From assembly GCA_023261845.1 (NCBI GenBank), contig JALNJZ010000002.1:32001-96000 (forward strand): a stretch of 64,000 nucleotides of DNA, given 5' to 3'. Below, piece by piece: positions 1 to 9,918 of the stretch. Every line of letters starts with the position of its first letter. The first letter of the stretch is position 1. Source of the DNA: Candidatus Terraquivivens tengchongensis (GTDB lineage: Archaea; Thermoproteota; Nitrososphaeria_A; Caldarchaeales; Wolframiiraptoraceae). A model generated the notes under the pieces. The model saw nothing but the letters and a program-made list of their open reading frames with translations. It had not been told where the DNA came from and searched no databases. Both the position numbers and the translations under genes were made by a program.

Positions 1-542
1 TTTACAGACACACTGGAACATGGACCGATGAGATAAGGAAAGTATCAGATATTGCTCGTAACTTAGAGCTGTGTGTTCTATCACCACCTGATGAAATCTA
101 CGGGATAACGATGTTCAGATCTACAGGTCCGGAGGTAAAGTTCTACAGGGATAAGGACGATGGTGTTGAAAGGAGCGACAACCTCGGCACAATAATCAGA
201 AACTATGTTGTGGATATAGATGCTAACGGTAAATTGGTACTCGTAAAAAGCGGACGGAGCGAACTATTAGTGAAGTGTGGCGAAAGGGGGCTTAACATGT
301 TAAAGAGGATGGGACAAAATCGATTAAAACCTGTACTAGTCAGTTGGAGTTTTCTTCAGGATGTACTTAAATGTGAGATAGTTGATTCGCATAAGCTTGA
401 CACGGCAGGTTTTGAAGGTCAACTCTTCATGGTCGTCGATACGAATGATAGTGAGATAGCCGAGTTTCTTGCGGCGACCGGTCGTGGCTTAAGGGTTGAT
501 ACGGGTATGGAAAAGAAAACGCTTGTGTTGATCTTTGTATAA
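1..542 (+). CDS. 3' part of a gene running in from before the window; probably the C-terminus of a Cas3/Cas3' helicase
   Basis: Frame is open from position 3 (YRHTGTWTDE...) to TAA at 542 and lies directly upstream of cas2-cas4-cas1. Identity rests on context only; no diagnostic motif is visible. Confidence 0.4.
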   Translation, partial: YRHTGTWTDEIRKVSDIARNLELCVLSPPDEIYGITMFRSTGPEVKFYRDKDDGVERSDNLGTIIRNYVVDIDANGKLVLVKSGRSELLVKCGERGLNMLKRMGQNRLKPVLVSWSFLQDVLKCEIVDSHKLDTAGFEGQLFMVVDTNDSEIAEFLAATGRGLRVDTGMEKKTLVLIFV

Positions 543-553
543 GTGGTGACAAA

Positions 554-835
554 ATGTATGTCATCGTTGCCTTCGACATTTCGGAAGAAAGCAATAGAGA
601 AGTTGTACGTAGATACCTCAGGTCTCTCGGTTTATCGATGGTTAACAGAAGCGTCTATGCAGGAGTTGGAGGACAAAGTATCGCAGAGAAAATTTCAGAG
701 AAAGTTAGAGAGATCGTTGGAGAACGTGATCACGTTTTTATTATTCTTGTACAAGAATCAGAATATTTACGGGCGATTGTATGTACCAAGGAGTATTGTA
801 GGAGGGTCGAGGACGAGAAGTTCGAGGTCATCTGA
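554..835 (+). CDS. cas2: CRISPR-associated endoribonuclease Cas2
   Basis: 93 aa with N-terminal MYVIVAFDIS and VNRSVY motif (QxSVF-like); next to cas1 and the array. Confidence 0.9.
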   Translation: MYVIVAFDISEESNREVVRRYLRSLGLSMVNRSVYAGVGGQSIAEKISEKVREIVGERDHVFIILVQESEYLRAIVCTKEYCRRVEDEKFEVI

Positions 836-854
836 ACCAAAGATATTCGCGACA

Positions 855-1511
855 ATGTTGTCATGGATGGCCAAGTGTCCTATCGCAAGAAACATAGTGC
901 TAACGAGTGGAGGAGGTATGTCTTACACAACTCCAATATTCGTGAGCAAGTTAGCTAATAAACATGATGACCTAAAAAACATCGCAGTGGATGCATTTGA
1001 AGAAGTCTTAAAAAGTTATCCGACCACAGACGTTATGTATATGGAGCTCGCACCAGAGGAGACCACGGTTATAATTAATGCCGATTCTACGAATAAGTAT
1101 GTTGTTAGCGGTCGACCAGACGTTCTTATGTGGATTACTGGTGAGAGCCTAGAGCAACGCCATTTAGTGCTTGCATGTGAGCTAACCCTAATGTCGGCAA
1201 TAAGACACTTGATCTATGGTGAGATGACCTTCTACATCACGTCTTTATACATTAATTATGGGTTTGAGGTAGCGGGCCTCCTCATCAATCCGAAATATAT
1301 CTACTTAATTCTCCCAAAGATACCGACAGACCGTGCAAAGCTTAAGGAGTATTTTAAGAAAGAGGGGGTGCCGATACTTCTGCTAAAATTATTCAGACAG
1401 ATTGATGAGGAGCGTGCAACGAAGTATGCTGAGGAATTAAGAAGCAAAAAACCATGGATCTGCACTCTGTGCGATCTTAGGAACTTATGCCCAATTAGTG
1501 GTGAGATATGA
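855..1511 (+). CDS. cas4: Cas4-family nuclease (start uncertain: ATG 855 or TTG 777)
   Basis: N-terminal KCP, RecB-like GRPD, and C-terminal CTLCDLRNLC (CxxCx5C, Fe-S ligands); lies between cas2 and cas1. The ORF-track start at 543 overlaps all of cas2 and is unlikely. Confidence 0.8.
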   Translation: MLSWMAKCPIARNIVLTSGGGMSYTTPIFVSKLANKHDDLKNIAVDAFEEVLKSYPTTDVMYMELAPEETTVIINADSTNKYVVSGRPDVLMWITGESLEQRHLVLACELTLMSAIRHLIYGEMTFYITSLYINYGFEVAGLLINPKYIYLILPKIPTDRAKLKEYFKKEGVPILLLKLFRQIDEERATKYAEELRSKKPWICTLCDLRNLCPISGEI

Positions 1512-2479
1512 AGGTAATATTCGTCAAGAATGCAGAGAGAATATCAAGAAAGAGCAGGTCCGGAATACTTGTACATTTTGGCGAAAATAAGTATAAGGAG
1601 ATCAACATTAGAGATATCGAGGCTCTGTTTATCCTAGGTTCGAAGGTTCTTATAGAGTCATGCGCAATCTCACTCCTTTCATCGTTTAACATCCCAGTAG
1701 CGATAATCTCTAAGCTTGGCGTTTCATTGCTGTCCACCCACATGTTAACATACTATAATGATGTTAGACGTGCGCAATATGCCATGAACGATGAAGAACG
1801 TCAAAAGATAATGCTCGAAATACTGCTTGCGAAATTTAGAGGCTTCTCCAACATCATTAAGTATTATGGTAAAGACGAACCTGACATACACTATACGGAA
1901 GATCTGGAAAAGGGCAATATTTCGCTACTGTTGTGGGAGGCGCTTAATAGCAAAGCCTATTGGGAGAAAGTGTTAGGGATTTTGCCGGGTGACATTCTTG
2001 ATACTTTAAAGGCCAGATATGGTTTCGAGGGTAGGAAGCCTAGGGCTAAAGATCCGTTCAACAAGAGCATATCCTTACTATATGCTCTGCTTTACGCTAT
2101 GTCGTTACGTGCGCTTGTAGCTAGCGGCTTAGACCCAACTGAGGGGCTGCATCATAAGACTAGATACTCAACACCTTTGGTCTTCGACTACGTTGAAATG
2201 TATAAGCCGATAGCGGTACATGCTGTCTTGAAAACGTTTAAAAGCAAAAGCGAGAAGATAAACATCAACAAGGATGGTAACCTGACGAAGGACTCGATAG
2301 AGATCTTAGCGAAAGAATTCTTCTTGATAATGCGGGCACGGATAAGGAATACACGAATGACACCTTATAGGGCCGTTTATATTAACACCTATAGGCTTGC
2401 GCGGAGGATAAGGGGTGATGAGAAGGTAAGGTACACCTTCACGTACAACCCAAAGAAGCTCATCCTACACGACTTTTAG
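1508..2479 (+). CDS. cas1: CRISPR-associated endonuclease Cas1
   Basis: 323 aa with Cas1 motifs WEALNSKAYW, DPFNKSISLLY, GLHH and LVFDYVEMYKP; adjacent to the leader and array. Confidence 0.92.
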   Translation: MKVIFVKNAERISRKSRSGILVHFGENKYKEINIRDIEALFILGSKVLIESCAISLLSSFNIPVAIISKLGVSLLSTHMLTYYNDVRRAQYAMNDEERQKIMLEILLAKFRGFSNIIKYYGKDEPDIHYTEDLEKGNISLLLWEALNSKAYWEKVLGILPGDILDTLKARYGFEGRKPRAKDPFNKSISLLYALLYAMSLRALVASGLDPTEGLHHKTRYSTPLVFDYVEMYKPIAVHAVLKTFKSKSEKININKDGNLTKDSIEILAKEFFLIMRARIRNTRMTPYRAVYINTYRLARRIRGDEKVRYTFTYNPKKLILHDF

Positions 2480-2674
2480 TTTCTTGTTGCTTAGAGGACA
2501 AGAATTTTTAAACTTTTCGGAGAAAGAAGTTATAAAGAAAATCAGGGAGAAGCAAGAATTTCACCCAGGAAGCTTAAGTTATCAGAGAGAAGTTTTATAT
2601 ACGAAAATCTTCAAAAATAGAGCCGAAACTAAAAGAAAAATAGGCGAATAAAAGTATAACCAGTTGAGAGTGTC
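2480..2674 (+). promoter_or_regulatory. CRISPR leader
   Basis: About 195-nt AT-rich non-coding stretch with TATA-like elements between cas1 and the first repeat. Confidence 0.7.
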
Positions 2675-5600
2675 GTCTAAATAACAAAGAACTAAAAGAA
2701 AGCATTTCAGGAACGCTTACTTTTTGTCCGAACCTGGTCTAAATAACAAAGAACTAAAAGCGTTAAAAGCGTGATGCCGAAGGTGGTGTTGAAAAAACAA
2801 GTCTAAATAACAAAGAACTAAAAGTCTTCGAGACGATTGTGATGTTCTCTGCGAGTCTAAATAACAAAGAACTAAAAGATTATAGTGAAAATGTGACAAC
2901 TCGCCCAATTTTTGTCTAAATAACAAAGAACTAAAAGCTGAAATTCATCAATCGTCAGGTCATATTTGGAATGCATGGAGTCTAAATAACAAAGAACTAA
3001 AAGACATTTATGACAGGACTATTCTGGACTTTCCTTGAGCGTCTAAATAACAAAGAACTAAAAGATCCACGACTGAATTTGTGCACAAAAAACATTATAA
3101 GTCTAAATAACAAAGAACTAAAAGTAAAAAGAATTCCCGCCACGTCTCCACAACCGAGTCTAAATAACAAAGAACTAAAAGTGGATTTAAACCATTCGAC
3201 TACCAAATAAAATTATTACGGTCTAAATAACAAAGAACTAAAAGACTTTATAAAAGAATTCGTTATACAAACGCTTGATCTAAATAACAAAGAACTAAAA
3301 GAGGTATGCCAAACTAATAAGTGCTGGTTCAACATTTCTGTCTAAATAACAAAGAACTAAAAGTGTTTTGCACCTCAGCTAGTACTAAAACTTAGGTCTA
3401 AATAACAAAGAACTAAAAGTTTAAATTTTCGTCCATCAGCTCGCTTGGCCGTTTTCCCAGTCTAAATAACAAAGAACTAAAAGCTTGATCTTCCACTCGA
3501 AAGGCTCATCACAATTATGTTGGTCTAAATAACAAAGAACTAAAAGTACAAAATCAGATCCGAGTATGCCGTGAACCAGCACGTGTCTAAATAACAAAGA
3601 ACTAAAAGGCATTCGATTGCAACTCTAGCCCATCCTTTACTGGTCTAAATAACAAAGAACTAAAAGAGGTTCTGGTGAATTCATATTATCAAAAATAAGT
3701 CTAAATAACAAAGAACTAAAAGCGTGAAAAATTCGGCCTATAGATGACCCTAGTCTAAATAACAAAGAACTAAAAGTCAAAGTGTAGATGCGCCAGCTGA
3801 ATTGCTGAGTCTAAATAACAAAGAACTAAAAGGATGTTCCAAGTAGTTCCAGAAAAGTCCCGTCATAAAGTCTAAATAACAAAGAACTAAAAGCTTTTAG
3901 TTTTTCCCCTTCTTCAATTATGAACTCGCGTCTAAATAACAAAGAACTAAAAGCAACACCACTTTTTTCATCGCCGCCATGATGAATCGGTGTTAAGTCT
4001 AAATAACAAAGAACTAAAAGACTTTAACCTCACCGCCCCCTACATCATAATCGTCTAAATAACAAAGAACTAAAAGTTACGGTGGCGGAAAAACATCCGA
4101 GGACGCTCTAACCGCGGGTCTAAATAACAAAGAACTAAAAGCTCATACTTACACCTCAACCAGTACTGAAACTAGTCTAAATAACAAAGAACTAAAAGTA
4201 AAGCGCTTGCACTCACTGCCGCTTACACATTCTTGCATCAGGTCTAAATAACAAAGAACTAAAAGTAACCAAGCCAACTTGGCTCACAGCTTGCCCAGTC
4301 TAAATAACAAAGAACTAAAAGGAAATAAAAACAACTCGTGTAGCCACTCACTCTTGTCTAAATAACAAAGAACTAAAAGATATGTGCTTCTGCAAGAGAC
4401 AGATCAGCTGGCGGCCTCGTGTCTAAATAACAAAGAACTAAAAGCTATAATTTTCTCAATTGTCGGATACCAATTATGTCTAAATAACAAAGAACTAAAA
4501 GATAATCCCAACGATTGGAATGCCTGTTTTCGTCAGTCTAAATAACAAAGAACTAAAAGCGACTTCCTCAAGAACGCCGCCGCTGAAAAACATATATCTA
4601 AATAACAAAGAACTAAAAGACAGTGGCATTACATTTAGCGCTGAGGGTTAAAAAGTCTAAATAACAAAGAACTAAAAGTGAACACAAAGTTGACATTCAT
4701 AACTTGCTAGAAACACAAGTCTAAATAACAAAGAACTAAAAGTGTTCTGTCCACCATCCCACCTCGAAGGGCAGATAATCTAAATAACAAAGAACTAAAA
4801 GTATAATGAAAACGAAAAAAGGCTCAAACTAAGTGTCTAAATAACAAAGAACTAAAAGATTTGAACACAGCTTTAAATTTTGTGTTGATAGCAGGGTCTA
4901 AATAACAAAGAACTAAAAGTAGAATCGAGCGGCGGGATCCGCACGCAGAGCAAGACCACCGGTCTAAATAACAAAGAACTAAAAGCTTAATTATGGCCCC
5001 GGCTTTCGTGCCGGTATCATATAGTCTAAATAACAAAGAACTAAAAGCTTCACTTTCAGAAACGTTTGCGCAAACATAGCTAGTCTAAATAACAAAGAAC
5101 TAAAAGCTGTCAATATATATTCGCGGCAGATCCGTCTCGATCTCCGTCTAAATAACAAAGAACTAAAAGGCGCACTTCTAATGAGCTCATTCGAAAAGTC
5201 ATCCCGTGTCTAAATAACAAAGAACTAAAAGTATGCCTGGATGAGCATTTGCCACAGCCAGTAAGTCTCGTCTAAATAACAAAGAACTAAAAGACCAAGT
5301 GATGCAACATTTTCTTTCATGGTCGAAAAAGTCTAAATAACAAAGAACTAAAAGAGGCGTGAAGACCCCGAAGCGTTCCAACTCTTTTTGTCTAAATAAC
5401 AAAGAACTAAAAGGTGAAGGTTATTGTTGTGGCGGACGATGAGTATGTCTAAATAACAAAGAACTAAAAGTCAACAAGCTGAAGGATTGGGGTGAGGAGG
5501 AAGAAGTCTAAATAACAAAGAACTAAAAGCGGGATTTTAAGTATTCAAGCCGACTTATGAGAAAGTCTAAATAACAAAGAACTAAAAGTTAGCAAAATTT

Positions 5601-6755
5601 TTTTACCTACCCAATTAGCTGTTTCGTCACCAATCTAAATAACAAAGAACTAAAAGATACTTTTCAAACAGGACTCTTTTCGAGATTCATGTCTAAATAA
5701 CAAAGAACTAAAAGCTGAAAACTTGTGAACAGAGGTCGAGTGTGGTAAGGTCTAAATAACAAAGAACTAAAAGATGGTAATGTCTAAGGTCTCGCCGAGA
5801 TATAATAATATTTTATGGTCTAAATAACAAAGAACTAAAAGTTGTTGATGGCCCTAATTGTTCTTCCGGTCGCTGTCTAAATAACAAAGAACTAAAAGTC
5901 GTTCTTGTAGATGTGTCGCCACTAACATCGCCAAGTCTAAATAACAAAGAACTAAAAGCAGTCATCTGGCTGTCACCATCGCACTCATACTCCTCAGGTC
6001 TAAATAACAAAGAACTAAAAGCTGTTTCGAGGTCAACCCCAATCTCATTTCTGCACTTTTGTCTAAATAACAAAGAACTAAAAGTTATCTCCTGGCTCAT
6101 TTCGTCTTCGTGTTTCTCATGGTCTAAATAACAAAGAACTAAAAGTTTGGTGCATATTTTTGTGCCATTTTTTGCCATGTCTAAATAACAAAGAACTAAA
6201 AGTGATGATTTTCTAAAGCTACCGCCAGAGCCTGAGACTCTAAATAACAAAGAACTAAAAGATGGTAATGTCTAGGGTTTCTCCTAACATCAACGTTATT
6301 TTACTCTAAATAACAAAGAACTAAAAGTTGACTACGTAAAACTCCCCGACGGAAGACGAATCTCTAAATAACAAAGAACTAAAAGATGTTTTTTCTGACT
6401 TCTTTCGGAGGCTTACCGAATTTTATCTCTAAATAACAAAGAACTAAAAGACCTCTCCCGGGGTTGCACCAGTTCCGCCTCTACTCTAAATAACAAAGAA
6501 CTAAAAGGTTTCAGGTAACTTGTTTTCTTGGTACGCTGGACGTATTCCTGCCTCTCTAAATAACAAAGAACTAAAAGCATTCGAAAGTGGGCATCAAGCG
6601 ATGGCTCGGGCTCTAAATAACAAAGAACTAAAAGTTTTCATCAGCGTACCCAAAAAGTTTTAAAAGTGCCACTCTAAATAACAAAGAACTAAAAGTGACA
6701 ACGTACGCCGGGAATTTGGCAAAAAGGTCGGCTCTAAATAACAAAGAACTAAAAG
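2675..6755 (+). CRISPR. CRISPR array, 24-nt repeat GTCTAAATAACAAAGAACTAAAAG, about 68 repeats and 67 spacers of 30-46 nt
   Basis: Repeat read directly and counted by hand. The last 9 repeats start with C and four internal ones start with A. Orientation inferred from the leader and the AAAG 3' end. Confidence 0.99.
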
Positions 6756-6890
6756 AGCTGTCCTAGTAATCCATTATACGTCGAACATACTGGTAATCTA
6801 TGTCAACCTTTACATTAATTTGTTTCCAAGAAAGATAAATGAGTTATCAAGAATAGGATCAACTATCTTAAACATACAGTTGAGTAGAAG

Positions 6891-7460
6891 ATGTTGATAG
6901 CTATCTTGTACCGATCACGCTTTCTTCGTGAAAGGGATATTATAATGTATTTGACCCCTCGCATAATACTTCGAGATCAGGTCGAGGAAAAATTTGAACA
7001 ATTCTTTAAAATATTTAAAGAAAAGCCTCCAACATTTGGGGAGGGGGAAGTTTTGAAATAAAAAATCTTAAAGAGGATGTAGTAAACCTTCCTCAATAAT
7101 TTATTTAAACATGAGACAGGCGAATGAAATATCAATCTTAATAGTTACACCTAATGGACTTCATAACTTCTTAAAACAATATAAAAGCGTTGATGAGTTG
7201 AATAACGCGAGCAGAATTAAGTTAATCTTGCTTGATGAAGTTCACAGAGTTTATTTCGGTCCAGAAATTTTAAAAAGCATTAGCATGCTTATTAATGGTA
7301 TAGCTCTTAAAAATGCATCTATAATTGGACTTTCAGCTACACCTATAAGACAGGCAATAGAATACATAGGTCCCATTCTTTATTCTTTAAGTTCTCTTCA
7401 GGCGATGGAAGAACCGCTTTTGCGTTATTTAATGCTAGCAGCATTTGAACCCAATTTAAG
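6891..7460 (+). pseudogene. Remnant of an SF2 DExH helicase (restriction Res-subunit-like)
   Basis: Fragment 1 from ATG 6891 has motif Ia-like YLTPRIILRDQ and then stops. Fragment 2 (from 7111) has ILLDEVH and GLSATP and runs into the tRNA. No Walker A or C-terminal domain; AT-rich. Confidence 0.7.
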
Positions 7461-7535
7461 AGCCCCGGGCGGGATTCGAACCCGCGACATGCCGCTTACG
7501 AGGCGGCCGCTCCGACCGGGCTGAGCTACCGGGGC
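7461..7535 (-). tRNA. tRNA-Thr(CGT), no intron, CCA not encoded
   Basis: Cloverleaf GCCCCGG...CCGGGGC-T; anticodon arm GCCGC CT-CGT-AA GCGGC; T-loop GGTTCGAATCC. Confidence 0.95.
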
Positions 7536-8090
7536 AGTGGATGTTCAAGCTTTTATATACTCATTCGCTCGAACGAGTGTGATGGAGGCAAGCGGCATCA
7601 CGGATGACAAGCTTGTAATTGATTATATAAACTTACAGCCTGAAAGCTTTCGTAAACACAGACGAGCTTTACCCCCTTTTGAAAACGCTAAGTATTTTTT
7701 CTAAAGAATTCAGGGTTCAAATTGGTAAGCAAGGCTATAAAAGCGTATAGCAATAGCTTTTGGTCTTTAAGGAGGTGCCGTCCTCTAACCTATATCAGAA
7801 GGCATGGTCATTAATCATTTGGCCTTCTTTGCGATGACTATCCCCATAATTCCATGCTTCATCGGCCAGGGGCATGGAAGAATAAGGAGCTTTAACCCAT
7901 CTGGTTATGCTTGATGCATTTATGAGTTGCTCATTAAGGTAGTATAATGAAAGGGGTAAAGGTGTTGTAAGGTTTCTTGCGAGACAAAGTATCTAGCCCT
8001 AACGGGCAAAAAGTCAAAGAAAATATACTTAGTAATTAAAAGCTAGCTTTTGTCCATCAAGACTTAGAAGCCATGGTCAAATAGTTAGAG

Positions 8091-8453
8091 TTATGTTTCT
8101 GAAGTGTCCAACTTAATTTCTATGCCAAACTCTTGCAACTTTTTGAATTCCTTATCTAATGTGAGCAGCAATAGGTTCTTTGCTTTTGCCGATGCTGCTA
8201 TGAGTAGATCTGCGTCCGGGATTTTCTGGCCCCTCCTCTTTAAGGCTTCGTAAATGCTGCAGTACTCGAGGATGACCTCATTATCTAAAGGTATGACATC
8301 GTAGACCTTTTCTAGAGTTGTTTTAACCTCGCTACGTTTTTCAGCTGGAATTCCCCTCAGGACCTCAATTAATGATATTACGCTGATATAACCTTCTCTA
8401 AATTCTCCCTTTCTTAGCCAGTTTATTAAAACGCTCGTGTCCACCAGCATCAT
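8091..8453 (-). CDS. vapC: VapC PIN-domain toxin
   Basis: LVDTSVLI, ISLIE, DLLIAASA and LLTLD PIN motifs. Confidence 0.9.
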   Translation of the reverse strand: MMLVDTSVLINWLRKGEFREGYISVISLIEVLRGIPAEKRSEVKTTLEKVYDVIPLDNEVILEYCSIYEALKRRGQKIPDADLLIAASAKAKNLLLLTLDKEFKKLQEFGIEIKLDTSET

Positions 8454-8677
8454 TCTATTGTAAACTCCTTTCTAAAGGTCTCAGATTCCTCCAATATCCT
8501 TTTGAGGTCTTCCTCTGAGAGAATCTTTCTAAGTTTTTCGAAAGCTTCCCGTCTTCGCTTTTCACTTGCCTCTCTATACAACTTCATGAGGTACTCGCCC
8601 CAATCGCTTTCTCCCTTGTCTTTTTCAAGGATCTCCTTAACTTTCTTTGGTAATGATATAGTTGAATAATTACTCAA
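8450..8677 (-). CDS. vapB: VapB-type antitoxin
   Basis: 75 aa, charged, with TISLPKKVKEIL DNA-binding-like N-terminus; 4-nt overlap with vapC. Confidence 0.8.
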   Translation of the reverse strand: MSNYSTISLPKKVKEILEKDKGESDWGEYLMKLYREASEKRRREAFEKLRKILSEEDLKRILEESETFRKEFTIE

Positions 8678-9114
8678 TTACATCACTAATAAATTATAAA
8701 TAACGCTATAATATAAAGTTTTTCTACAAAGATGAAGCTTATATGTCATTTTCAACCTCTCGCATTTTCGCATATACTTTAACCTCCCCTTGGGTCTCTT
8801 TTTATACAGGGGAGAAATCGTAGACAGATAAGATATTTTTGGAAAACCTGGAAGAAATATACCATTCGGGCTTCTCTCAATTTTGAGCGAGGAATTAGTT
8901 GGTGTCGGAAGGTGACGAGTATGTTGTCGCTTCTACATTTCAACTATTAGGCAAAAACCCATCGTTAGAAAGATTGAGCAGCTATTTTTCGAGGGTGTCC
9001 GACCGGGTTAGCTACTGGGCTCGTCTAATTTGCTTAATATGGAAGCTTATTAATCTACGGCGGTTTTTATTACGTTGCTCGAATGGGTAAAGTACCCATT
9101 AAAGCTTAAGATCG

Positions 9115-9882
9115 GTGGTCGTGGTAGGCTTGAAAAAACGAAGCCTCGCAGTGGTCATACCAACTTACAATGAGGCGGAGAACATAGGCACCGTATTAGA
9201 ATTAACCTCCATGGTGATGTCGAGCAAAAACATGGACGGGTGGATAATAGTAGTTGACGACGACAGCCCGGACGGTACGGCGGATGTCGCTGAATCTTTC
9301 AAAGAAAAGTACGGCAAAATTGTGGTCATAAGAAGGTCTGGAAAACTAGGGCTTGGTTCTGCTTACAGAGATGGTTTCGCTCTAGCTCTAGAAAAGTTGG
9401 ACGTTGAATATATAGCAGAGATGGATGCTGACGGGTCGCATCCGCCGGAAAAGTTGCCCATTATGCTTGACTTATTGGTAGAGAGCCAAGCTGACTGTGT
9501 CATAGCATCGAGGTATGTGGAGGGTGGAGGTTGGGGATGGGAGTCACTCAGCAGGACCATAATAAGCAAGGGCGCTAACTTGCTGGCGAAGTTAGCGACG
9601 GGTGTTAAGCTGAAGGACATGACGTCCGGTTATAGAGTATACAGGGCTGACGCGCTGAGGTCCATTAAGCTTGAATGTTTAGATTCTGGTTACCTTTTTC
9701 AAGTACAGATAATTTATGAACTGGTAAAGAATGGTTTCAGAATCATAGAGAGCCCGTTTGTATTCATGCCGAGGCTAAAGGGAAAGTCCAAGCTTGGTAT
9801 TGCTGAGTTTTGGAGGTTCTTCAAGTGGTGCATCAAAATAATGCTGGCGAGATTATTTAAAATTGAAAAATCAACGTTATAA
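9115..9882 (+). CDS. GT2 dolichol/polyprenol-phosphate mannosyltransferase
   Basis: VVIPTYNE, VVDDDSPDGT, GLGSAY, MDADGSH and DMTSGYR motifs. Confidence 0.9.
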   Translation: MVVVGLKKRSLAVVIPTYNEAENIGTVLELTSMVMSSKNMDGWIIVVDDDSPDGTADVAESFKEKYGKIVVIRRSGKLGLGSAYRDGFALALEKLDVEYIAEMDADGSHPPEKLPIMLDLLVESQADCVIASRYVEGGGWGWESLSRTIISKGANLLAKLATGVKLKDMTSGYRVYRADALRSIKLECLDSGYLFQVQIIYELVKNGFRIIESPFVFMPRLKGKSKLGIAEFWRFFKWCIKIMLARLFKIEKSTL

Positions 9883-9918
9883 TGAACTTGATGGAGCTTT
9901 TTTACGGTTGATTCGAGT

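Noticed and set aside
543-1511. 322-aa ORF taken as the full-length protein
   Set aside because: Its first third overlaps cas2 completely; only the distal part looks like Cas4.
2717-6250. Short ORFs with repeating LLVLCYLD, FSSLLFR or LNNKELK peptides
   Set aside because: They are translations of the CRISPR repeats.
2675-6755. Self-targeting spacers
   Set aside because: None noticed by eye within the window; a computational search is needed to exclude them.
7430-7524. C-terminal tail of ORF 7111-7524
   Set aside because: It is read-through across the antisense of tRNA-Thr.
8784-8814. 7-bp inverted repeat CTCCCCT/AGGGGAG
   Set aside because: Too short to distinguish from chance.
8899-9090. 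63-aa ORF upstream of the GT2 gene
   Set aside because: No motif or other support; left uncalled.
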